Below are positions 1-10,888 of a DNA stretch of 64,000 nucleotides, piece by piece (position 1 is the first letter of the stretch; each line of letters starts with the position of its first letter). This DNA comes from Clostridium sp. (GTDB lineage: Bacteria; Bacillota; Clostridia; Clostridiales; Clostridiaceae). The notes beneath the pieces are model-generated. The model searched no databases, was not told where the DNA came from, and saw nothing but the letters and a program-made list of their open reading frames with translations. The stretch is taken from the NCBI GenBank assembly GCA_052274345.1, contig DAVZGP010000008.1, forward strand, positions 18,697 to 82,696, given 5' to 3'. The position numbers and the translations under genes were made by a program.

Positions 1-170
1 TTTAAAAACTTTTCAGCTTCATTTCTATCCTCAAAGCTCTTATACTTTGCTCCTTTTACCCCTTTTACATATTTTAGGCACTCTGTCCAAGTACCAACTA
101 TTATATTTTCTATTTTTTCATTAGTATTAGAATTAAACCCTTCTTTTATAGCATAAACTTTCTTTCCCAT
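1..170 (-). CDS. rnhA: Ribonuclease HI, N-terminal hybrid-binding (Cauli_VI-like) domain; partial, runs off window start
   Basis: Own translation from ATG at 170: MGKKVYAIKEGFNSNTNEKIENIIVGTWTECLKYVKGVKGAKYKSFEDRNEAEKFL, matching the YA...W.EC...VKG..GA.YKSF....EA motif; AAGGAG RBS upstream. Confidence 0.8.
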   Translation of the reverse strand, partial: MGKKVYAIKEGFNSNTNEKIENIIVGTWTECLKYVKGVKGAKYKSFEDRNEAEKFL

Positions 171-529
171 TCTTTAATGTTCTCCTTTTTAAAAGCTGCT
201 TCATAATTTAAGCCTGTAGATATTATGGATTACCCCTCTAATTCTATCATAAATAAAGTATACAATAAATGATAAAATTAATAATTAACTTTTTACAATA
301 TTTACATTTCCATAATCTATTAGGTTCGATGGACAAGGCCTTAGAATAATATTATAATAGCCCTTATAAGTTAATATTTTAAAACGTAATTCGACATATT
401 GTTCTCATTTAGCAAGTTAAAATAAAAGAACTATTGGTATAAAAACAAATTTGATATACACGAAAGGATGGTGAATGAGGCGGGTTCCAAAAGTAATTGA
501 AAGTATAATGGACCCCTTGCTTCGATAAT

Positions 530-2302
530 ATGAATAAAATTAAAAATAAGTATATTTTACTTCCTGTTATTACTGCAGTTTTGTCATTAGTATTTCTCAT
601 TTTTGTAAGTAATACCTTTAAAGTATCTTCAAATAAACTATATACTAATTTTCTTAAAGATGTAGCTCATAATACTATTTCCACTGTATACGTAACAACC
701 TCGCCTAAAATTCAAGTTAAGCTTAAAAATGGAATTATTTACGAAACTGATAATCCAAGAACTAATAATTTCAAAGAAGGATTGTTAAAAGATGGTATAA
801 ACGTTTCCGAGCAAGCTTTAACCAGTCCCGGAGAAATAGCATCAATATCCGGTTTTATAATTTCTCTAATAGTACTTGGTTGCATGTGCTTTAAACCTGC
901 AAAAAGAAAAACAAAAGGTATGTTCTCTGCAACTAATCTTGATGTTACCGCAGTTTCGGATATTGGTTTTAACTTTGAAAATGTAGCTGGTAATGAAGAG
1001 GCTAAAGATAGTGTACAAGATATAGTTGATTTTCTTAAAAACCCAGAGAAATATTCTGCTTATGGAGCTCGAATGCCAAAAGGCGTAATTTTATACGGAG
1101 ATCCAGGTACAGGTAAAACACTTCTTGCAAAAGCAGTAGCAGGCGAGGCAAATGTACCTTTCTATGCAGTATCTGGTTCTGATTTTGTTCAAATATATGT
1201 AGGGGTAGGTGCTGGAAGAATTAGAAGTTTATTTAAAAAAGCAAGAAGTCATGGAAGAGCAGTTATCTTTATTGATGAAATTGATGCTATAGGCAAGAAA
1301 AGAGATAACGGAACTGGTGGAGGATCGGACGAGAAAGATCAGACACTTAATGCTCTACTAACTGAAATGTCTGGTTTTAATGAGTCAGAAGGCATAATTA
1401 TAATTGCAGCAACTAATCGACTTGATATGCTTGACGCTGCACTACTTCGTCCAGGTCGTTTTGATAGACATATTGAAGTAACACTTCCTGATGTATCTGC
1501 AAGAGAAAAGATTTTGAGACTTCACCTTAAAAACAAACCGATTAAGGATATAGACTACTCTGAATGGGCACATAAAACTACATCTTTTTCAGGTGCAAAG
1601 CTAGAAAATTTAGCTAATGAAGCTGCTATTATTGCTTGTAAAGACAATTCGACATTTATTGAAAACGAACATTTAGATAAAGCTTATTCAATAATGCTTG
1701 CTGGTTATGAAAAAGTTGATAGAGATTATATTAAAGAGGATGATAGAAAAATCACTGCTTTTCACGAAGCTGGACATGCTCTAATTTCACTTAAAATGTT
1801 ACCAAATGATAAGGTTTCTAAAGTAACTATAATTCCAACCACCAAAGGTGCAGGGGGTTATACCTTAAGTATTCCAGAAGATAAACTATATCAAAACAAA
1901 GACTATATAAAGAAAAAAATAATGGTACTCCTGGGTGGCAGAGCTGCTGAAGAGATTATTTTTGGTATAGATCATGTAACCACTGGTGCATATAGCGACC
2001 TGCAAAGAAGTACTGAGCTTATAACAAACATGATAACAGAATATGGAATGGGTGAGTCTTTAGGATTACTTACTATGGCCAAATTAAAAGAATCAGGTTT
2101 TACAAATCAAGACGATGTATTCTCAGAATGTAAAAATTTAATTTCGCAGTTATATGATGAAGTTATAACCATATTAACAAATGAAAAAGAATCTTTAAAA
2201 AACATTACTAGCTTATTAATAAAAAAAGAAACTATAAATCATGAAGATTTAATTAGTATCATAGGTGATACTGTTAAAATTGAAGATACTATTAAAGATT
2301 AA
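530..2302 (+). CDS. ftsH: ATP-dependent zinc metalloprotease FtsH-family
   Basis: Two N-terminal hydrophobic segments, Walker A GDPGTGKT, Walker [36 protein letters not shown] zinc motif. Confidence 0.95.
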   Translation: MNKIKNKYILLPVITAVLSLVFLIFVSNTFKVSSNKLYTNFLKDVAHNTISTVYVTTSPKIQVKLKNGIIYETDNPRTNNFKEGLLKDGINVSEQALTSPGEIASISGFIISLIVLGCMCFKPAKRKTKGMFSATNLDVTAVSDIGFNFENVAGNEEAKDSVQDIVDFLKNPEKYSAYGARMPKGVILYGDPGTGKTLLAKAVAGEANVPFYAVSGSDFVQIYVGVGAGRIRSLFKKARSHGRAVIFIDEIDAIGKKRDNGTGGGSDEKDQTLNALLTEMSGFNESEGIIIIAATNRLDMLDAALLRPGRFDRHIEVTLPDVSAREKILRLHLKNKPIKDIDYSEWAHKTTSFSGAKLENLANEAAIIACKDNSTFIENEHLDKAYSIMLAGYEKVDRDYIKEDDRKITAFHEAGHALISLKMLPNDKVSKVTIIPTTKGAGGYTLSIPEDKLYQNKDYIKKKIMVLLGGRAAEEIIFGIDHVTTGAYSDLQRSTELITNMITEYGMGESLGLLTMAKLKESGFTNQDDVFSECKNLISQLYDEVITILTNEKESLKNITSLLIKKETINHEDLISIIGDTVKIEDTIKD

Positions 2303-2466
2303 AGCATCCATATAATAACATAAATCATCTTCTGGATCGCTGCACAGATCTATTAGAGACTCGCTAAGAGCTTCAGAAGGAGATTTACCTCTTTGTATAT
2401 CTCTGGGTCGCTAACAATTATTAATTGTTAGCCCCCTCATATATAAGAAAACTGCAATAATACTGG

Positions 2467-2701
2467 TATGAATTTTTCCGGAAGTGACTCTAAATAAGAA
2501 GGACAGAAACAATTGAAATTCCATTTAAAATTCTTCTTTTGCAAATATAAAATTCTCGTGAGACTGCTATAGGCAGTCTAGCGAACCAGCTGTAAGCTGA
2601 ATGAGAGCGTTAGAGAATTTTATATCTGCAAAAGATTAGAATTTCTTAATGGAATTTCATGTTTCAACCTCTTATTTAGAGTCACGCAGGAGAAATTCAT
2701 A
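2467..2701 (+). repeat. ~235-bp long-hairpin dispersed element, copy 1
   Basis: Ends TATGAATTTTTCC / GGAGAAATTCATA are inverted; nested inverted arms throughout; similar sequence at 55069..55305 (reverse) and 57787..58022. Confidence 0.85.
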
Positions 2702-2744
2702 GGATGCCTTTTTTATTTGCAATGTCTGAGTGATAACACTGTTG

Positions 2745-3746
2745 TTACTCTTTAGTTCTATAATTAACTAGAAATGCTACAAGCATGCCTCCAAAAAGTC
2801 CACCTAAGTGAGCAAAATTATCAATACCTGGCATCGTAGCCCCTATAAATATATTTATAAAGATAACAGATAAAATGCTTTTTATAAACGCACTTCCAGT
2901 CTTTCCTTTAGATGTAATCGCAAAAATAAGCACCGCTCCGAGTAATCCAAAAATTGCACCAGAAGCACCAATTGAAATACTTGTTGAAAATACATAACTA
3001 AATAAAGATGCGCATATCCCAGAAATAAAATAAATAGCTAAATATTTTATTTTTCCATAAACACTTTCAACCATGGGTCCTATAGCATAAAGCGAATACA
3101 TATTAACCGCTACATGCACAATCCCTCCATGTAAAAACATACAAGTCACAAGCCTATAATACTGACCTTGATTTATTAAATCATTAACCTTAGCACCAAG
3201 TAAAACTAGAACATTAGTATCGCTATTTAAAATACTACCATTTGATATAACACTCAGGTATGCTGTAATACCATACATTATAATATTTATAGCTATAATT
3301 ATTATGGTAATCCAAGGTTTATCTTGTACATTCATTTTTTTAGACCTGCTACTTAAATTGTTATTATTCATAATTGAAACTAAGTCATTCACTACCTCTA
3401 ACTTTACATTTTGAGAATAATTAACTCTTTTTTCTGATACATTAACCCTTATTAATGGTTTTTGCAATAAATTATTTGTAGAAAGGACTTTACCAGATTC
3501 ATCGCTACTTAATTCTCCCTCAGACAACAATATATATATATTGTTTTTATCTGCTGGAATATCATACTCTATTAATTGATTTATGCTTTTAGGAGTAATA
3601 AATATTATTCGGTAATCTCTACCACTTATATTCTTACTCACTGTCCATAGCTCTGAACTATTATTTTTACTTTTTATATCTTCTAATAAATATCCTAGAT
3701 TCTGAGTCAGACCATTTATAATGATTTTTATATTTTTTTCTAACAT
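2745..3746 (-). CDS. Rhomboid family intramembrane serine protease
   Basis: YYRLVTCMFLH, HVAVN, GASG catalytic Ser motif, AHLGG catalytic His motif. Confidence 0.93.
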   Translation of the reverse strand: MLEKNIKIIINGLTQNLGYLLEDIKSKNNSSELWTVSKNISGRDYRIIFITPKSINQLIEYDIPADKNNIYILLSEGELSSDESGKVLSTNNLLQKPLIRVNVSEKRVNYSQNVKLEVVNDLVSIMNNNNLSSRSKKMNVQDKPWITIIIIAINIIMYGITAYLSVISNGSILNSDTNVLVLLGAKVNDLINQGQYYRLVTCMFLHGGIVHVAVNMYSLYAIGPMVESVYGKIKYLAIYFISGICASLFSYVFSTSISIGASGAIFGLLGAVLIFAITSKGKTGSAFIKSILSVIFINIFIGATMPGIDNFAHLGGLFGGMLVAFLVNYRTKE

Positions 3747-3773
3747 ATTATTCTCCTAATCAAATAGATATTT

Positions 3774-4832
3774 TCACATTATTGATTCCACTATAACATT
3801 ATGATGTTTAAGCAAATCTATTTCATAAAACTTAATAGGCAGCCGTGTCTCACTCTCATATAACACTCTTATTATAGGCCTATCCGGAAAGTTTCTATTT
3901 TGTTTAATAACATATCCTTCAACACCATTTGATAATTTCAAACAAACTCCTAATGGAAACACTGAAAATGTCTTTTTAAAATCTTTTACCACTTCCTCAT
4001 CAAATGCATTTCCAGCACCTGCGAGTATCAACTCATAAGCATCACTAGGATTAAATTTTTTTCTATAACATCTATCGTTACTTACAGAATCATAAACATC
4101 ACAAATACCAATTATCTTTGCAAATTTAGAAATTTGATTTTTAGTAAGACCATAAGGATACCCATTACCATCAACCCTCTCATGGTGATGTTCAACTGCT
4201 TTTAACACCCTATTTGACATATTAAAATTTTTCTCTAAAATTTGTTTTCCATATATAGGATGGTTTTTTATTTCTTCAAATTCTTCACTTGTTAGTTTAC
4301 CAGGTTTCGTTATAATGTTTTTGTTTATTTTAGTCTTGCCAATATCATGCAGTATTGCACCAATGCTTAACTCTTTTAATTCGCTTTCCGTAAGCTTCAT
4401 TGAAATACCAAGAAAAATAGCCATAATTCCAGTATCAATAGAATGAAGATAAGTATAGTTATCAAAGGTTTGAATATCATACAAACTCTTATTAACATCA
4501 CCCATCTCAATAATATAATTAACTAAGTCTTCCACAACCGATAATGAGTTTTTAGTCCCTAATGCATCTCCATCAGTTACATTTTTCATTATGGTAGACA
4601 TATTTTTCATGGTTAATTCTTTTAACCTACTTAATCTCTCATCTTCTATTGATACTTCTTCTAATCTTGAATCTTCTACATAAATATAAAAAACGCCTAA
4701 CTCTCTAAGTTTAAAAATATATTTCTTTGTCAATTTAACTCCAGATCTTAAAAGCACACTGCCATCATTGGTTACTATGTTTTTACCTAATATTTCGTTT
4801 ACCTCTACCCTATTAATAAACTCAAGTCTCAT
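3774..4832 (-). CDS. HD-GYP domain cyclic-dinucleotide phosphodiesterase
   Basis: LHDIGK, HHERVDGNGYP, DVYD motifs; ATG at 4832 after GAGGTG RBS. Confidence 0.92.
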   Translation of the reverse strand: MRLEFINRVEVNEILGKNIVTNDGSVLLRSGVKLTKKYIFKLRELGVFYIYVEDSRLEEVSIEDERLSRLKELTMKNMSTIMKNVTDGDALGTKNSLSVVEDLVNYIIEMGDVNKSLYDIQTFDNYTYLHSIDTGIMAIFLGISMKLTESELKELSIGAILHDIGKTKINKNIITKPGKLTSEEFEEIKNHPIYGKQILEKNFNMSNRVLKAVEHHHERVDGNGYPYGLTKNQISKFAKIIGICDVYDSVSNDRCYRKKFNPSDAYELILAGAGNAFDEEVVKDFKKTFSVFPLGVCLKLSNGVEGYVIKQNRNFPDRPIIRVLYESETRLPIKFYEIDLLKHHNVIVESIM

Positions 4833-4850
4833 GTTCACCTCTAATTATCT

Positions 4851-4885
4851 TTAATTAATCATCTCCAAAGAAGATGATTAATTAA
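4851..4885. other. Intergenic hairpin (possible terminator or repeat remnant)
   Basis: TTAATTAATCATCT-CCAAAGA-AGATGATTAATTAA inverted repeat. Confidence 0.5.
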
Positions 4886-4941
4886 GTTTTCAGCTTAAGT
4901 ATCTAAGTTATTCTGGCGAGTCATTTCTTGCGTAGATGACT

Positions 4942-5340
4942 CTATTTGTATTCTTCTTCTTTTCCTTTGATTTTTATAAAAACTTCCTTAAATTCTTGTT
5001 TTATTAACTCGCATACTTCAATTAATGATTCACGTACAACCATGTGCTCGTCAGAATATTTGAACTTAACTAGCCATGTTGGATTATACTCGTCATCAAT
5101 AGGCTCAATAATATATCCTTTAGCTCTAAATACATCTTCGTTAAAATAATCATATATTGCTGAGAATTGCCATTCTTCCACATCCACATGTGTATCAAAA
5201 GTTAAATTAATTAAATCTCCAAAGTAGTTTAATTTTGTTACATACTCCGCACCCTGGGATGTTTCATAACTCCCAATCTCACGAACAAATTTCTTAGTTT
5301 CTTTATCCACTTCCATTAATACCAATGAAGAAAATTGCAT
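4942..5340 (-). CDS. Conserved clostridial hypothetical protein (DUF6762-like)
   Basis: Acidic ORF beginning MQFSSLVLME, resembles a family conserved in Clostridium; no catalytic motif recognised. Confidence 0.6.
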   Translation of the reverse strand: MQFSSLVLMEVDKETKKFVREIGSYETSQGAEYVTKLNYFGDLINLTFDTHVDVEEWQFSAIYDYFNEDVFRAKGYIIEPIDDEYNPTWLVKFKYSDEHMVVRESLIEVCELIKQEFKEVFIKIKGKEEEYK

Positions 5341-5355
5341 AAAACCCACCCTCTC

Positions 5356-5763
5356 TTATTTTTTGCAGTCCTTACAAATACCTTTTAAATAAACATGACT
5401 TTCTGTAAGTGTTATTCCTGTCTTAGCCTTTATTTGCTCTTCTATTTGAGGTATAGGACAATCTATAACCATTTTTTTATGACATAAATCACACTCAATT
5501 ATATGTTTATGTGAATTATTATTTATAATATAGTTATACATATTGTTTCCCAAATCAAATTTATTAACAATCTTTTTACTCTCTAGCAAATCTAAGGTTC
5601 TATAAACCGTTGATAAATCTATTTTAATATCTTCTTTTTTTAGTAACTCATAAATAAGATTTGCGTTTATAGCATCACTACTAAAGAGTATTATTTCAAG
5701 TATACTTTTTCTTGCTTTAGTAACCCTAATATTATTATCTTTTAAGTATGAAATAACATTCAT
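5356..5763 (-). CDS. Fur/Zur-family transcriptional regulator
   Basis: STVYRTL helix, HKHIIECDLC and CKDC metal-binding motifs. Confidence 0.92.
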   Translation of the reverse strand: MNVISYLKDNNIRVTKARKSILEIILFSSDAINANLIYELLKKEDIKIDLSTVYRTLDLLESKKIVNKFDLGNNMYNYIINNNSHKHIIECDLCHKKMVIDCPIPQIEEQIKAKTGITLTESHVYLKGICKDCKK

Positions 5764-5781
5764 CTACATCACCTTACTACA

Positions 5782-7242
5782 TTATTTTATTTCTTTTAAT
5801 ACTGCTAACAAGTAATTCCACATTCTATCTGTTGATGAGATACTTAGGTGTTCCTTGGAAGTGTGCACATCATACATATTAGGTCCAAAAGATATTTGAT
5901 CAATATTACCATCAAACTTTTTACTGAATAATCCACACTCTAGCCCTGCATGTATAGCTGCTATTTCTGGATTTTTACCAAATAAATCCTTATAAACATT
6001 TTCAAATACCGTTTTTATTTTAGAATTAGTATCATATTGCCACTCTGGATAATCAGATTTAAATTCTATAGTTGCTCCCACCATTTCTGCAAGCACTATG
6101 GTTTCATCACATATTAATTTCTTTAAAGATGGAACCGAGCTTCTTATTGCAGAATCAAATACTATATAATTATCCTCGGTTGTAAGTACTCCTATATTTG
6201 TTGAACTTTGTACTAAACCTTTTATATCCTGGCTCATGCTTTTAACTCCATTGGGAATTAAGAAAAGTACTTGAAGTGCTTTTGTAGCAGTCTCCTCGGA
6301 AAATATTTTACGTGAATTATTTTCTAATATCTCAATAGATAAATTAACATCTGGATCAATAGTATTTAATTCATTTTTAAATATAGAATTCCACAAAGCT
6401 AATTTCTCTTTAACTATTGTTTGGTCATCTTCTCTAAATAATATAACAGCATCAGCACTTCTTGGGATCGCGTTATTTTTAGCTCCTCCACTAATAGAAT
6501 TTATTTTAAAATCTATAGCTGATTTTAAATTTATTAAAAACCGTCCCATGATTTTGTTAGCGTTGCCTCTTTCTTTATCTATTTCCATTCCAGAGTGACC
6601 GCCTTTTAAATCTCTTAACTTTATAAGACAAGTTACAAAACTTTTATCAGACTCTTCCCAAATTATAGGAAGTTTTATTTTTTCTCTTACTCCGCCGGCG
6701 CAACTTACTAAAAGTTTTCCTTCTTCTTCTGAATCTATATTAATAAGTACTCTTCCTTCTAAATCCTTAGGGTCTAACGCTTCTGCTCCAACCATACCTA
6801 CTTCTTCACCAGTTGTTACTAATAGCTCAATTGGTGGATGAGGTATATCTGTAGAATCAAGCACTGCAAGACTCATTGCTACCGCAATACCATCATCAGC
6901 TCCTAGTGTAGTACCATTTGCGTGTAAATTATCACCTTCTACAATAAACTCGATAGGATCCTTTAAAAAATCATGTTTTGAATGGAGCTCTTTTTCACAT
7001 ACCATATCCATATGACCTTGAATTATTATCTTTGGAGCATTTTCGTACCCTTTGGTTCCCGGTTTCTTAATTATTATATTTAATGAAGCATCCTGAGTAA
7101 CTTTCAAATTGTGTTCTTTTGCAAAGTTTACTAAAAAGTCACTTACTCCTTTTTCATTTCCAGAACCTCTTGGAACCTGGTTCATCTCCTTGAAATATTT
7201 AAATGCTTTAAATGAATTTAAATCTTTTAATTTTTCTAACAT
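5782..7242 (-). CDS. pepD: Aminoacyl-histidine dipeptidase (M20C)
   Basis: QGHMDMV, TTLGADDG, EEVGMVGA, GGHSG, HAGLECG motifs. Confidence 0.93.
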   Translation of the reverse strand: MLEKLKDLNSFKAFKYFKEMNQVPRGSGNEKGVSDFLVNFAKEHNLKVTQDASLNIIIKKPGTKGYENAPKIIIQGHMDMVCEKELHSKHDFLKDPIEFIVEGDNLHANGTTLGADDGIAVAMSLAVLDSTDIPHPPIELLVTTGEEVGMVGAEALDPKDLEGRVLINIDSEEEGKLLVSCAGGVREKIKLPIIWEESDKSFVTCLIKLRDLKGGHSGMEIDKERGNANKIMGRFLINLKSAIDFKINSISGGAKNNAIPRSADAVILFREDDQTIVKEKLALWNSIFKNELNTIDPDVNLSIEILENNSRKIFSEETATKALQVLFLIPNGVKSMSQDIKGLVQSSTNIGVLTTEDNYIVFDSAIRSSVPSLKKLICDETIVLAEMVGATIEFKSDYPEWQYDTNSKIKTVFENVYKDLFGKNPEIAAIHAGLECGLFSKKFDGNIDQISFGPNMYDVHTSKEHLSISSTDRMWNYLLAVLKEIK

Positions 7243-7281
7243 ATTTATCATCCTTTCTTCTTAATACCCTCCTGGGGAGCG

Positions 7282-7410
7282 CATCTCTTTCAGAGCTGAA
7301 TGTTAATAACTCCATAGAAGGAATTTATATTTTTACTTAAATTTTATTTTACTAATGCAATTAATTTCCTCTTATATAACGATGAACCATTCATTCTGAA
7401 ATGTCATTAA
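7282..7410 (+). repeat. ~130-bp dispersed element, copy A (degenerate; overlaps mntP stop)
   Basis: Colinear similarity to reverse complement of 8100..8229 and to 33173..33298 (CATCTC..GAGCTG...CTTATATAA...TGAAATGTC[A/G]TTAA). Confidence 0.6.
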
Positions 7411-7964
7411 AAAAACATCATTTTCAGTCCAAAAAACACCAAGATTATTCCTCCAATATAGTCTGCATATTTCCCTATAATATCAATCTTTTTTAGATAT
7501 TTAGAAACTATAAAGGCCAATATTACCATTATAAAAGTCACTGCTCCAATGATTAATGTATCTTCTAATAATATAACCTTTGTTATATTATTTAATACTG
7601 TAAATCCTATCACCATGGCATCTATACTTACAGATATGCCTAAAATAAAATACATCTTAGGTTTAAGTAGTGGACATTTACCTTGATTAGTAATTCCTTC
7701 TTTAATCATAATAACTCCAACTAAGGCTATAATTATACCGCCAATTATAGTTGGCATTGCAGCTACGTATGTATTAAAAAGGAACCCTGCATACGCTCCA
7801 ATATACGATAATAAAAATTGGAATACCGCAAAAGAAATCGTAAAGCCTACCTTATTTGAAAATTTAGTTTGATTGTTTAAGCCTATACATAAAGCTACTC
7901 CAAATGCATCTAAAGATAGCGCTAAAGCAATCATAAATAATGAGTACATATCCAGCTTTCCCAC
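7407..7964 (-). CDS. mntP: MntP/YtaF-family membrane protein (putative Mn efflux)
   Basis: Two repeats of the SLDAF / SIDAM motif, six hydrophobic segments. Confidence 0.8.
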   Translation of the reverse strand: MGKLDMYSLFMIALALSLDAFGVALCIGLNNQTKFSNKVGFTISFAVFQFLLSYIGAYAGFLFNTYVAAMPTIIGGIIIALVGVIMIKEGITNQGKCPLLKPKMYFILGISVSIDAMVIGFTVLNNITKVILLEDTLIIGAVTFIMVILAFIVSKYLKKIDIIGKYADYIGGIILVFFGLKMMFF

Positions 7965-8099
7965 CCCCTTCGGTAATGATTTAATATACTCTTAATATAC
8001 TCTTAATTTACGATTTTATATCATTATATTTTCATTAATTTCTGTGTATAACTTTCCATATACCATTATCAATTATTCAGGCTTTCTTGTCAACTAAGA

Positions 8100-8229
8100 T
8101 TTAACGACATTTAAAAATATTAGTCGCCCATTTCTATAAATTGGAGTTATATACCCTAGTAAATATTAACTTCAGTGAAAATATAACTCTCCTTTTGAAA
8201 TCGTTAATATTACAGCTCCAAAGGAGATG
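8100..8229 (-). repeat. ~130-bp dispersed element, copy B
   Basis: Internal inverted arms TTAACGACATTT...GAAATCGTTAA; aligns by eye to 33173..33298 and 7282..7410. Confidence 0.7.
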
Positions 8230-8337
8230 ATTTAACACTATAATATGCATTTGAAAAGTTATTTAACTAATTGTTGCTTGTATATATTTACTTTTATAGA
8301 CTATAATATAAAGGTATTTACACTAGGAGGTGTTGTA

Positions 8338-9273
8338 ATGCTTTCAATATACAGCAGTGCAGAAAATAAACAACTTACAAAATTAGAAAATATAGAACCT
8401 GGTTGTTGGATTAATATGATAGATCCATCAGATGAAGAATTAATCTTTGTTTCAAGAAACACTAATGCACCAATGGATTTTTTGAGGGCTGCTTTAGATG
8501 AAGAAGAAACCTCCCGTATTGATATAGAAGATTGTACTTTAATTATATTAGATATTCCCTTTACTGATATAGACGATAATTCCTTAACCTATGATACATA
8601 TCCTATAGCTGTAATCCAAACAGACAAAGTAATAATTACAGTTTGTTTAAAAAACAGTAAAGTATTATCAGATTTTGGTGATGGAAAAATTAGTTCCTTT
8701 TATACCTATAAACGTCAAAGATTTATGCTTCAAGTCCTATATAGAATTGCAAAATACTATTTAATATACCTAAGACAAATTGATAAAAAAAGCTATATAG
8801 TAGAAAAACAACTACATAAATCATTAAGAAATAAAGAACTTCTTCAATTGTTAGCACTTGAAAAATCACTTGTATATTTTTCCACTTCCTTAAAGGGAAA
8901 TGAAATTACCTTGGAAAAAATGCTTAAACTAGATATTCTTCAAAAATATGAAGAAGATAAAGACGTACTTGAGGATGTTATTATTGAAAACAAACAAGCA
9001 ATAGAAATGTGTTCTACATATACTGATATTTTAAAAGGTACTATGGATGCTTACTCTTCTGTTATATCAAATAAACTAAATATTGTAATGAAATTTCTTG
9101 CTGCTATTACAATAGTTATGGCTATACCAAATTTAGTTTCTGGACTATTCGGTATGAATGTAGGTGGAATACCTTATGGTAATAATAGTAATGGTTTTCT
9201 ATATGTGTTTACGTTTATTGTTCTTTTAGTTATTTCTTCTATTTATATTTTAAATAAGAAAGATATGTTTTAA
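8338..9273 (+). CDS. corA: CorA-family Mg2+/Co2+ transporter
   Basis: GMN signature (GLFGMNV) between two C-terminal TM helices; ATG at 8338 after AGGAGG. Confidence 0.93.
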   Translation: MLSIYSSAENKQLTKLENIEPGCWINMIDPSDEELIFVSRNTNAPMDFLRAALDEEETSRIDIEDCTLIILDIPFTDIDDNSLTYDTYPIAVIQTDKVIITVCLKNSKVLSDFGDGKISSFYTYKRQRFMLQVLYRIAKYYLIYLRQIDKKSYIVEKQLHKSLRNKELLQLLALEKSLVYFSTSLKGNEITLEKMLKLDILQKYEEDKDVLEDVIIENKQAIEMCSTYTDILKGTMDAYSSVISNKLNIVMKFLAAITIVMAIPNLVSGLFGMNVGGIPYGNNSNGFLYVFTFIVLLVISSIYILNKKDMF

Positions 9274-9276
9274 AAA

Positions 9277-9304
9277 ATGAGAACAGCTTCACAACTGTTC
9301 TCAT
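9277..9304. terminator. Hairpin between convergent corA and tcaA-like gene
   Basis: ATGAGAACAG-CTTCACAA-CTGTTCTCAT. Confidence 0.65.
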
Positions 9305-9415
9305 ATCATCATTTATTGTATTATTATATCTAAATTCTAATTGTTTATTATAGCGTTATTTCAATTATTAACCCCTACTATATAGTCTTACTTTATCAGC
9401 AACCATATTTAAATT

Positions 9416-10864
9416 TTATATTCTGTTTGTAAATTGATAATTGGATATATCACCATTATACTTAAATTTATATACATGGTTATAAGTCTTCGTAGATGAT
9501 TTGCCATTTACAGTTACAAAATTATAAGTTTCAGTAGTCGTAATACTTCCAGATTGAGTATCATCACTAATGTTGAAACTTGTAACACTCGCCGAAACAA
9601 GACTTTCTTCATTCCCCTCTGCATAAGATCCAGGTACATTTAATTGTTGTTGTTTATATAGTTCGCTCCCATAAGTTAAGTAAACATCAATCAATGAAAA
9701 GTCATTAGTATTAATAGCTTGTGTAAGGGCTTGTGCATAGTTGTTTAAAAGATCACCTAATTGTGACTTAACTCCATCTAACTGAGCCTGGACATTACTT
9801 TGATTATTAATTGCATCTTCAAAACTTATGTTAATGTCCGGTGCTCCCACGTCCAATGAATACTCTTCACTCTTAAGTTTTTTTCCATTTATTACAGTTG
9901 TAGCATATATCTTTGAATCACCATCTATAGGTCCAAAATTAGTAGCATCTGTAATCTTTGTTTTAGTATCTTTTGAATTAACAAAGATTTCTGCATCAGG
10001 ATAATCAGATGTTATGTTTAAATAATTCAAATCCTCAAATACACTTAATTTTGCTATTCCATCGCTAGTTTCTATAAGATTAACTAAATAAGGTTTACTT
10101 AGAGTAACATACTTCCCTTTATAATTAGCTAAAATCGAATAAGTTCCGGGAATGTATGGTCCAAATTCTTTGGTAGATTTATCTGTTTCACTCCTCCCTA
10201 TTACGACATTATTAATTGAAAAAGAAACATCTTTAACAGTAGTGGTTATATCAACAAAAGATGGCTTAACATTTATTTTATAATTGGGAAAAATTAAAAA
10301 CTTTTTTCCTACCTTTGTTAAGGTTAATATATTACTTGATGTTATGTTAATATTATTAATATCCTTAGGACTAAGTGCATCATTATTTAAATTTTGAATA
10401 ACTTCATTATAATATGAAGGGCTCTTTTTAAAGTAATTTAATAAAGGTGTTATATTACTGCTATTAATATCAAGCCTAGCATCATTACAGTATAGTATTT
10501 TTGATAAATCAGAAGTGTTATTTGTTACTATATCTTGCTCAAATCTTGTTGCAATCTTCCTAGGATTAAATAAAGAATTACCAACTTGAATTATAACAAT
10601 TATTGCTACTATCAAAACTGAAACAGTTGCTATTAGTATTTTGGATCTTTTGCTTAATTTATTATTAGGTGTAGTATTATCTAACGTAACATTCTCTTCA
10701 TTTTGTGGATGATATTCTTCGATTGGCTGAGTTTCTTTTATTGAATTAGCTTCCGCTTCCTGCTTAGTTTCATTCATAGACTCACCTTTCAAATCATTTC
10801 CACAAGATGTACAAAATGTTTGTTCATCTTTAACTTCATTGCCACATTTAGTACAAAATTTCAT
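9416..10864 (-). CDS. TcaA-like membrane protein with N-terminal zinc ribbon
   Basis: CTKCG...CTSCG, single TM, FGPYIPGTY motif, C-terminal NTF2-like region by resemblance. Confidence 0.75.
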   Translation of the reverse strand: MKFCTKCGNEVKDEQTFCTSCGNDLKGESMNETKQEAEANSIKETQPIEEYHPQNEENVTLDNTTPNNKLSKRSKILIATVSVLIVAIIVIIQVGNSLFNPRKIATRFEQDIVTNNTSDLSKILYCNDARLDINSSNITPLLNYFKKSPSYYNEVIQNLNNDALSPKDINNINITSSNILTLTKVGKKFLIFPNYKINVKPSFVDITTTVKDVSFSINNVVIGRSETDKSTKEFGPYIPGTYSILANYKGKYVTLSKPYLVNLIETSDGIAKLSVFEDLNYLNITSDYPDAEIFVNSKDTKTKITDATNFGPIDGDSKIYATTVINGKKLKSEEYSLDVGAPDINISFEDAINNQSNVQAQLDGVKSQLGDLLNNYAQALTQAINTNDFSLIDVYLTYGSELYKQQQLNVPGSYAEGNEESLVSASVTSFNISDDTQSGSITTTETYNFVTVNGKSSTKTYNHVYKFKYNGDISNYQFTNRI

Positions 10865-10888
10865 TTAAATCCCCCCGTTTTTATATAA

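Noticed and set aside
409..600. 63-aa minus-strand ORF
   Set aside because: Overlaps the ftsH start antisense and has no recognisable features.
2405..2436. GGGTCGCTAACAATTATTAATTGTTAGCCCCC as a distant copy of the RAYT repeat
   Set aside because: Shares only the TAACAATTA tail and lacks the GGGAC and GTTAAC core; more simply a hairpin downstream of ftsH.
7965..8100. yybP-ykoY manganese riboswitch upstream of mntP-like gene
   Set aside because: Could not find the conserved GGGGAGUAGC-type core by eye; an Infernal search would settle it.
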